From Deltaproteobacteria bacterium (GTDB lineage: Bacteria > Myxococcota_A > Polyangia > Polyangiales > Houyiibacteriaceae), in NCBI GenBank assembly GCA_034670305.1, contig JAXMNT010000007.1:128001-192000 (forward strand): DNA of 64,000 bases, read 5' to 3'. The notes under the pieces are model-generated. The model was given only the letters and a program-made list of their open reading frames with translations, made no database searches and was not told where the DNA came from. Below are positions 57,327-64,000 of this stretch, in pieces; within the stretch, counting starts at the first letter, position 1; the number at the start of each line of letters is the position of its first letter. The translations under genes and the position numbers were made by a program.

Positions 57327-58217
57327 ATGCGAGGGATGGTGCTTGGGGCGGGGCTTGGGACGCGGCTTCGGCCTTTGACGTTGGAGCGGCCCAAGCCGGG
57401 GGTTCCGTTTGGGCTCGCGCCTTTGGCTCAGGTGGCGGTGGGGGCGCTGGCTCGGGCGGGGGTGCGCTCGGTGGTGATCAATACGCACCATCTGGGGGAC
57501 CGGTTGCCGGGGCTGATGGCGCCGCATCGGCCGGAGGGGGTGTCTCTTTCGTTTGTGGACGAGGCGACGTTGCTCGGGACGGGGGGTGGGATTCGGAACG
57601 CGCTCTCAGGGGCTTCGGAGACCTGTGTGGTGATGAATGGGGACATTGCGTTCGACCCGGACTTGGCGCGGGCGATCGCGCTGCACGAGCGACTCGGGGC
57701 GTTCGCGACGATGGTGGTCCGGGAGGATCCTGCGGCGGTGCGGCTCGGGGCGATCGGGGTGGATGCCGAAGGACGGGTGCGGACGATTCTCGGCGACCCA
57801 CACCGGACCGACCCGGCGCTCTCGGTTCGGATGTTCACGGGGGTGCATGTGCTGAGCCCGGCGGCGGTGGCGGACTTGCCCGAGCAGGGATGTGTGATCC
57901 GGCAGGGCTACGAGCTGTGGTTGGCTCGGGGAGAGGTGCTGGGCGGGGTGACCGAAGCGAACCCGTGGCAAGACCTCGGGACGCTGGAGCGGTACTTGGC
58001 GGCGAATCTGGCGCTGGCGGACGCGGCGGACGGCGGCTCGCTGGTGCACGCGAGCGCGCGCTGCGACGCGGCGGTGACGCGGTCGGTGGTGGGGGAGGGC
58101 GCGGTGGTCGAGGCGCCGGTGACCGAGTGTGTGGTCTGGCCGGGGTCCGTGGTGACCGAGCCACAGGCCCACGCGATTGTGACGCCGACTCAGGTGGTTC
58201 CGGTCCCGCGTGCCTAA
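57327..58217 (+). CDS. sugar-phosphate nucleotidyltransferase (NTP_transferase)
   Basis: 'MVLGAGLGTRLRPLT..RPKP', 'LLGTGGG', 'MNGD', 'WQDLGT'. Confidence 0.88.
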   Translation: MRGMVLGAGLGTRLRPLTLERPKPGVPFGLAPLAQVAVGALARAGVRSVVINTHHLGDRLPGLMAPHRPEGVSLSFVDEATLLGTGGGIRNALSGASETCVVMNGDIAFDPDLARAIALHERLGAFATMVVREDPAAVRLGAIGVDAEGRVRTILGDPHRTDPALSVRMFTGVHVLSPAAVADLPEQGCVIRQGYELWLARGEVLGGVTEANPWQDLGTLERYLAANLALADAADGGSLVHASARCDAAVTRSVVGEGAVVEAPVTECVVWPGSVVTEPQAHAIVTPTQVVPVPRA

Positions 58218-58243
58218 AGGGACGGGGTGAAGCAAACCAGCGC

Positions 58244-58273
58244 TTGACTCCAAACGTGACGGATCGGTAAGGT
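58244..58273 (+). promoter_or_regulatory. possible sigma70 promoter of PP2C gene
   Basis: TTGACT-N18-TAAGGT in the intergenic region. Confidence 0.35.
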
Positions 58274-58407
58274 TTCCGCGAGGTTCGACGCTTTCAGCGA
58301 CAACCAGGCCAAATGCAGTCACGACGAGCACACACGCCCCCCTTCTCGCATTCGGCCCACCCTCGTGGCCTTGGCCACAGCGTCCATGACGCGGAGGTTC
58401 CGTTTCA

Positions 58408-59187
58408 GTGACCCGAGCGCGCGTGATTGCAGCTGGCGAAACCCACGTCGGCATGAAGCGAAGCCACAACGAAGACAACTTCAGCGTCGACGACGACGAC
58501 CACCTGTACGTGGTCGCCGACGGGATGGGCGGACACGCCTCGGGTGAGGTCGCCAGCCAGATGGCGATCGACACGCTGCGGGAGTTCTTCCGCGCCACCG
58601 GCGCCGACCCCGAAGCGACCTGGCCCTACAAGATGGACAAGGCGCGGGGCTACGAAGAGAACCGGCTCATCACGAGCATCAAACTCTCGAACCTGCGCAT
58701 CTTCGAAGCGGCCCAGCGGGACCCGAAACTGCGCGGCATGGGCACGACCCTGGTCGCGATGCTGGTGGTGGACGACGGAGTGCTGATCGCGCACGTCGGA
58801 GACTCCCGGTGCTACCGGGTGCGCGACGGGAAACTCGCGCAGCTCACCGACGACCACTCGCTTCTCAACGACTACATCAAGATGAAACGTCTGACCGAGG
58901 AGGAGATCGCCAACTTCCCTCACAAGAACGTCATCGTGCGCGCGCTCGGCATGAAGGAGAGCGTGAAGGTCGACACCCAACTCGACCGCCCGGAGCCCGG
59001 CGACATCTACGTGCTCTGCAGCGACGGTCTCTGCGGCCCGGCGAGCGACGAAGAGATCCACGAGATCGTGATGGCCGAGTCCAAGGACCTCAAGGGCGGC
59101 TGCCTGAAGCTCATCGAGCGCGCCAACAGCAACGGCGGACCCGACAACATCACCGTCGTGCTGACCAAAATCGTCGGCACCGGCTGA
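58408..59187 (+). CDS. PP2C-family Ser/Thr phosphatase (Stp1/PrpC-like)
   Basis: 'RSHNED', 'VADGMGGH', 'GMGTT', 'HVGDSR', 'LCSDGL', 'GGPDNIT'. Confidence 0.95.
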   Translation: MTRARVIAAGETHVGMKRSHNEDNFSVDDDDHLYVVADGMGGHASGEVASQMAIDTLREFFRATGADPEATWPYKMDKARGYEENRLITSIKLSNLRIFEAAQRDPKLRGMGTTLVAMLVVDDGVLIAHVGDSRCYRVRDGKLAQLTDDHSLLNDYIKMKRLTEEEIANFPHKNVIVRALGMKESVKVDTQLDRPEPGDIYVLCSDGLCGPASDEEIHEIVMAESKDLKGGCLKLIERANSNGGPDNITVVLTKIVGTG

Positions 59188-59304
59188 GTCTCTCGCGCGT
59201 CGGCCAGCGCTGTGCCCATTCGTGTCGCCGACGCGGCGAGCACGTGCCACGGGCGCGTGCATGGGGCCGCCAGTCTCGCGAAGCGAGAGGCCCGTCGTGG
59301 CGGG

Positions 59305-60519
59305 CTAGACCGGGCGGCCGACGCGCTTCATGACGGCGCGCAGGTCCTGCCAGACCGGGCGTTTGTGCTCGGGGCTGCGGAGTAGATACGCGGGGTGAAA
59401 GGTGGCGATGGCGGGGATGTCGCGCCAGGCGCCCCACCGGCCGCGCCAGCCGCGCTGCTCGGCGGTGGCGAGCCCGAGTTGTTCGGTGGCGGCGCGGCCG
59501 AGCGCGACGATCACCTGCGGCGCGACGAGCTCGAGCTGCGGGACGAGGAAACGGGCGCACGCAGCGCCTTCGTCCGGCTTCGGGGTGCGGTTCTGCGGCG
59601 GCCGGCATTTGACCACGTTGCAGATGTAGTACTCGTGATCCGCGAGCCCCATCGCCTGGATCATCTTGTCGAGGAGCTGCCCCGCCTTCCCGACGAAGGG
59701 GACCCCTTGTTGGTCCTCGTGAAACCCTGGGCCTTCGCCGACGAACGCGACGAGCGCCCCGGCCTGACCGCGCGCGAACACGCTCTTGGTCCGGCCCTGG
59801 TGAAGGCGGCAGTCGGTGCACTCGGCGGCTTCGGTGGCCAGCACCCGCAACGCCGCGGTCCGTTCACCAAGCGGCTTGGGCGACGCTGCGGCTGTCTCTG
59901 TCGCTGCGGCAATCTCTGCCACTGCGGCTGTCTCTGTCGCTGCGGCTGTCTCTGTCGCTGCGGCTGTCTCTGTCGCTGCAGCTGTCTCTGTCGCTGCAGC
60001 TGTCTCTGTCTCTGTCGCTGCAGCTGTCTCTGTCGCTGCAGCTGTCTCTGTCGCTGCAGCTGTCTCTGTCGCTGCAGCTGTCTCTGTCGCTGCGGCTGTC
60101 TCTGTCGCTGCAGCTGTCTCTGTCGCTGCAGCTGTCTCTGTCGCTGCAGCTGTCTCTGTCGCTGCAGCTGTCTCTGTCGCTGCAGCTGTCTCTGTCGCTG
60201 TCTCTGTCTCCGTCGCTGCAGCTGTCTCTGTCGCTGCAGCTGTCTCTGTCGCTGCAGCTGTCTCTGTCGCTGCAGCCGTCTCTGACGCTGCAACTGTCTC
60301 TGTCGCTGCGGTGCGCGACGGCACGGTTGCGCCTGTCTCCGACACGGTGCCTGTCTCCGACACGGTGCCCGCCTCCGTCTCCGACGCCGCATCCACCGGC
60401 CGCCGTCGAGGCGCCCGAAAATACGTCGGCGAGATCCCCGCCCCGCCAAGCTCCGCCTCCCACTCGAGCAGCGCGCGCGCGGCCGCCATCAGTTCCATGG
60501 CCTCGTCGACAGGGTCCAC
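59305..60519 (-). CDS. udg: family-4 (Fe-S) uracil-DNA glycosylase with long low-complexity linker
   Basis: CxxC 'CTDC', 'GEGPG', 'FVGKAG', '[11 protein letters not shown]', 'HPAYLLR'. Confidence 0.92.
   Translation of the reverse strand: MDPVDEAMELMAAARALLEWEAELGGAGISPTYFRAPRRRPVDAASETEAGTVSETGTVSETGATVPSRTAATETVAASETAAATETAAATETAAATETAAATETETATETAAATETAAATETAAATETAAATETAAATETAAATETAAATETAAATETAAATETAAATETETAAATETAAATETAAATETAAATETAAVAEIAAATETAAASPKPLGERTAALRVLATEAAECTDCRLHQGRTKSVFARGQAGALVAFVGEGPGFHEDQQGVPFVGKAGQLLDKMIQAMGLADHEYYICNVVKCRPPQNRTPKPDEGAACARFLVPQLELVAPQVIVALGRAATEQLGLATAEQRGWRGRWGAWRDIPAIATFHPAYLLRSPEHKRPVWQDLRAVMKRVGRPV
59884..60310. repeat. 18-bp tandem repeat (GCTGCAGCTGTCTCTGTC)n, about 23 units, encoding (AAATET)n in UDG
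   Basis: Directly visible, with a few 6-bp slips and A/G variants. Confidence 0.97.
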
Positions 60520-60631
60520 GCCGCCAACCTACCAACCCTGCGCCCCGGTGGAAGCGAGAATCTCAGCCACGACAAGCCAGCGGGGGTGCAATGGGCCTGG
60601 ATCGGCCTCCCACCCGAGCTATGGTGGCCCC

Positions 60632-62170
60632 GTGTTGCCCGACCTCGACGACGACGACCTCTCGGACCTTCCCGCCATGCCACCTCTGGGCAGTGGCGAG
60701 GAGACGGGTGTCGAGGACGCGGGGTACGATCCGACCGCCGGCTCGGGCGGCCCCGAAGAGGTCGGCCTCGACGACGCGGAGGGGTTCGACGAGGCACTCG
60801 ACGCCGTCCAGTTCTTGGATTTGGTCGATGACGAGCCGACCGCGCTGGACCTGAGCGAGGCGGGGGACGAGATCGGCGACCTCGGTCAGACCATCGACGA
60901 CGACGGCGGGGAGTACGGCTGGACGGACGACACCGAAGCCCCCAGTCGGGACGAGTGGAACGACGGACCGCTGATCGCGCCGCCCAAGGAGTCCACCGTC
61001 GAAGACGATGGCGCGCTCGGCATGGACGACGACGAGGCGCTGGCCTTCGACGGGGAAGACGTGCTGCACGGGCTGCCCGACCTCGACCGGACGGACGACA
61101 GCGGCGACTCGGACGACCTGGAACTCGGCGACGTGTTCCACATGGAGACCTTCTCGGATCCGCCGCCTGCCTCTCCGTCGATGCCACCACCGCCACCGAT
61201 GCCGCCCACCCCGCCGGTCCCGCGCATCGACGCGCCGGATCCGCGGACCGATGTCGGACACGAGAGCCGAGGCATCACCGCGACTTTGGTTCGTCCCGAG
61301 AAGTTCACGCTTCTGGCCAGTGGCGGCGGGCGTCTGTTCGCGTGGGGGGAAGACGCCGCCATCTCCGTGGCGCCTTCCGGCGACTTCCCAACCGGCGCCC
61401 CCGAGGTCGTCATCGATCTCACGGTCGGCAAGGACGGGGTCCTCTTGGTGTCGGAGACCGGCCGTCTCAGCGGGTCGGTGTCGGGCGCGGCGTTCGGCCC
61501 CATCGCGATCAGCCAGCGCGTGACCAGGGCGTTGCTCACGCAGTCCCATGCGCTCGCGTGGCGTGCCGGCGGAGGGCTGACCCAGGCCCGGCTGCAGCGA
61601 GGGCAACCGACCGATTGGGAAGTTCGTTCCGAGCCGGTGGTCGATGTCGTTCCAGGGGAACAAGCCGACCGGGCCTACGCGCTCATCGAAACCGCGAACG
61701 GACCGGGCGGGGTCGCGCTTTGCGTACTGCACCTCGATGTACTGAACCAATCGGGCCTGGTGAACGCGCTGCCCTCGTTTCTCCCGTCGGGAGAGTGGAA
61801 GTTGTTCGCGGCCGGATCTCGCATGCTGGCGTGGCGCCGAGGCGAAGTCTGGGCCTTGGGGCTCGACGGGAAGGGCGCCACCCCGGAGGCATCGGTGTGG
61901 CGGCGGTTGCCGGAGGCCGACGGTGCGGAGGCGGTCGTGGTCGCGGACGGTCACATCATCGTCGCGCGGCGCTCGGCGAAGGGCACCCACGACGTGCTCT
62001 GGCGGCTCATGGACGGAGGCGGCGCCCGTCTCTGGCTCGACCTCCACGCTGCGCTGGGCGACACTGAAACACCGGGCGGCTTCGTCTTGGGATTGTCTGA
62101 ACGGGACGGGGCCGTGTACGTGGCCACCGACCGTGGGCTCCTGAAAGTCGTGGCGACCCCCGCATCCTGA
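60632..62170 (+). CDS. hypothetical protein: Asp/Glu-rich N-terminus, Pro linker, beta-rich C-terminal domain
   Basis: GTG at 60632, coding-like composition, TGATG coupling to the next gene. Confidence 0.6.
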   Translation: MLPDLDDDDLSDLPAMPPLGSGEETGVEDAGYDPTAGSGGPEEVGLDDAEGFDEALDAVQFLDLVDDEPTALDLSEAGDEIGDLGQTIDDDGGEYGWTDDTEAPSRDEWNDGPLIAPPKESTVEDDGALGMDDDEALAFDGEDVLHGLPDLDRTDDSGDSDDLELGDVFHMETFSDPPPASPSMPPPPPMPPTPPVPRIDAPDPRTDVGHESRGITATLVRPEKFTLLASGGGRLFAWGEDAAISVAPSGDFPTGAPEVVIDLTVGKDGVLLVSETGRLSGSVSGAAFGPIAISQRVTRALLTQSHALAWRAGGGLTQARLQRGQPTDWEVRSEPVVDVVPGEQADRAYALIETANGPGGVALCVLHLDVLNQSGLVNALPSFLPSGEWKLFAAGSRMLAWRRGEVWALGLDGKGATPEASVWRRLPEADGAEAVVVADGHIIVARRSAKGTHDVLWRLMDGGGARLWLDLHAALGDTETPGGFVLGLSERDGAVYVATDRGLLKVVATPAS

Positions 62171-63924
62171 TGAGTACCCGTTTCGAACCGAAGACCGAGC
62201 GACTGATCGAAGCGCTCGCGATCGGCCTCGGCGCCGATGGGTCAGAGAAGGTTCGCTCGGAGCTGGCGCTCGGCGCGGATGCGCCCGACCACGATTTGGC
62301 GCGCTCGCTGGTGCAAATCGTGAGCGCGTGCGGGGTGGCCGAAGCGGGGCGGGTCGCGCCCGAGGTGGAGATCGAGGTCGATGGGGCGGAGCCGGAACCG
62401 GCACCCGCGGATGGTTCGTTGCTTGGCCGGCTCGGCTCCACGGGGGTGGACGGCATCGGGGTCGAACAGCTCGATCTCGAGACGTGTTTGGGCGTGATGC
62501 GTGGAGGTGCTTTGCGTCAGCGGCGCGCCGCGCTCCGGGTCCTCGTAGAACGCGCGCCGGATCTCGGTCGCAAGCTTCGCGAGGTCGTGGAGGTGCTCGA
62601 CACCATCCGCGATGTGGAGCTCGAACCGATGCTGGTGCAGGCGCGGACCGAGTTCCCCGGCGCGGTGGGTCGACGCGCGCGGACGACGTTGCAGATCTGG
62701 CGCAGTTCGCTCTCGGATCTGGAAGATCACATCGCCGAGTTCTGGGATGGCGAACGCGCGGTGGAACCGATCATGGATCTGCCCGGCGAACAACGCGCGC
62801 AGCTCTTGCTGCGGACGCGCCTCTTGCCCGACGGAGTCCTGCGTCACATCGCCGCCGTCATCGAGGGCGAGGATGGGGTGAGCGAGCGCGAGGCGCGGCG
62901 CGCCCTGGTGGAGAGCCTGCGCTACAGCGGCGACCAGCGCTTGGTGCCCTCACTCGTCGTGTTGCTCGAGAGCGGGACCTCGGAAATCGTCATGGAGGCG
63001 GCGCGTGCGGTGCGGCGCATCGAAGACCCGCGGGTGCGGCCGGCGCTGGCGCGGGTGTTCGAACGCACCGTCGTCGATGTGGCCCGCGCGGTGCTCGCCG
63101 GCGCGCTCGGCGCACACGGGGACCGGCGGGGCGCAGACTACGTGCGCAAGCTGCTCGACCGAGACGAACGCGAAGTGAAGCTGGCGGCGCTCGAAGCCCT
63201 CGAGACGCTGGGCGGACCCGAGGACGCCGAACGCGTCGCAGAGTTCCTGTCTCAGCCTTCGCTGCGCGGCGCCGCGGTGCAGACGCTGAAACGCATTGGA
63301 GACGGCCGCACGCTCGCCTCCTTGGCCGAGTCCGCCTCCGAGACGAAGACGAGCGCCATGCGCGGCGCCATCGAAGAAGCACGCGAGTCCATTCTCGCCC
63401 GGATGGATTTGCGGGGCGAAGACGTCAAAGAAGCGCGGGAGGCCACCCAGCGCATGACCCTCACCGAGGTGCGTCCGCCCAAGACCCCCACGGGCGCCCG
63501 CATCCGCGCATTTCGACTGCTGATCTGGGGACAGATCCTGCTTGCCTTCGGGGCGGTTCAAGCGGGCATCTCGCGGCTCGAGCGCGCGGCCAACCTGCGT
63601 CCGGCCTGGGCGCCGCCGTGGGTCGCCATCGCGCTTTCGCACGCCCGCAAACACGCCCACGCCCAGGCCTTGGCGGCGTTCCGCCGGGCCATCGAGTCCG
63701 ACCGGACCGTCGTCGAGCGCAACCCACTGGTGGTTCGCGCGTTGGCGCAGACCTTCTTGCGGCGCGCCGAGCAGGTGGAGCGCGAAGGCCGCCGCGACAT
63801 CGCCCGCGGGCTGCTGGGCGAAGTGCTGGATCTGGATCTTCGGCGCGCGCCGAGTTCGGTCCGCTTCGAGCTGCAGCGACGGCGGCGGGCGTTGCAACGC
63901 GCCTCCGCGGAGCGTGCGGCATGA
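62170..63924 (+). CDS. HEAT-repeat + TPR protein
   Basis: HEAT-like 'AALEALETLG', 'AAVQTLKRIGD'; C-terminal TPR-like helices. Confidence 0.8.
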   Translation: MSTRFEPKTERLIEALAIGLGADGSEKVRSELALGADAPDHDLARSLVQIVSACGVAEAGRVAPEVEIEVDGAEPEPAPADGSLLGRLGSTGVDGIGVEQLDLETCLGVMRGGALRQRRAALRVLVERAPDLGRKLREVVEVLDTIRDVELEPMLVQARTEFPGAVGRRARTTLQIWRSSLSDLEDHIAEFWDGERAVEPIMDLPGEQRAQLLLRTRLLPDGVLRHIAAVIEGEDGVSEREARRALVESLRYSGDQRLVPSLVVLLESGTSEIVMEAARAVRRIEDPRVRPALARVFERTVVDVARAVLAGALGAHGDRRGADYVRKLLDRDEREVKLAALEALETLGGPEDAERVAEFLSQPSLRGAAVQTLKRIGDGRTLASLAESASETKTSAMRGAIEEARESILARMDLRGEDVKEAREATQRMTLTEVRPPKTPTGARIRAFRLLIWGQILLAFGAVQAGISRLERAANLRPAWAPPWVAIALSHARKHAHAQALAAFRRAIESDRTVVERNPLVVRALAQTFLRRAEQVEREGRRDIARGLLGEVLDLDLRRAPSSVRFELQRRRRALQRASAERAA

Positions 63925-64000
63925 GCGGTCTCCACGACGCCGCACGAACCCGGCTGCAAGAGCTCGGTGGCCTGGAGTCCGGCGCGGAGTTGACCCGTGC
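63921..64000 (+). CDS. start of next CDS (truncated by window edge)
   Basis: ATGA overlap with the HEAT gene stop; frame open to the window end. Confidence 0.4.
   Translation, partial: MSGLHDAARTRLQELGGLESGAELTR

Noticed and set aside
56205-57527. Extended starts for ugd, uxs and the nucleotidyltransferase
   Set aside because: Family motifs begin at 57257, 55947 and 57327; the extensions overlap neighbouring genes.
58365-58392. Short palindromes GTGGCC-TT-GGCCAC and GCGTC-CAT-GACGC upstream of PP2C
   Set aside because: Short GC-rich stems are expected by chance; no recognisable riboswitch or terminator.
59884-60310. Possible CRISPR array or Cys-rich (CLCRCS)n / (SDRDSC)n / (QRQRQL)n proteins
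   Set aside because: Contiguous 18-bp units with no spacers and no cas genes; the alternative peptides are other frames of the repeat inside UDG.
1-64000. tRNA, rRNA, transposase, integrase, phage or defence genes
   Set aside because: No supporting motifs were seen; a tRNAscan-SE/Infernal run on the intergenic regions would be needed to exclude small RNAs.

Overview
High-GC bacterial DNA whose gene content points to Myxococcota (Polyangia/Sandaracinaceae-like). This is inferred from Glt-like TPR/TonB-C genes, a short OPX paired with a beta-barrel, and Cys-rich lipoproteins. Layout: (1) 1-7.5 kb holds signalling and housekeeping genes: a sigma54-preceded receiver protein, a stand-alone MshEN protein, a zinc-less Fpg, an NtrC-type activator, a STAS protein and aspartate kinase. 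(2) 7.5-21.3 kb holds an ECF sigma/anti-sigma pair divergent from a translationally coupled Glt/Nfs-like envelope operon: TPR proteins, a GltE-like lipoprotein, two GltF-like peptides, a degenerate TolQ/ExbB-like protein and a GltG-like TonB-C protein. (3) 21.4-58.2 kb is a ~37 kb Wzx/Wzy polysaccharide locus with frequent strand switches. It includes beta-barrel + short OPX, Wzc, a ligase-TPR protein, a PglF/E/D/C-type bacillosamine pathway, an MBOAT/SGNH pair, two sulfotransferases, two methyltransferases, UDP-uronic acid/xylose enzymes and three embedded lipoproteins. (4) 58.4-64 kb holds a PP2C phosphatase, a family-4 UDG with a long 18-bp tandem repeat, and acidic/HEAT hypothetical proteins. 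No rRNA, tRNA, CRISPR array or intact mobile element was recognised. The best candidate for an undescribed system is the Glt/Nfs-like machine directly linked to a sulfated, acylated polysaccharide locus, possibly under ECF control. All calls come from motifs read by eye; no database search was run.
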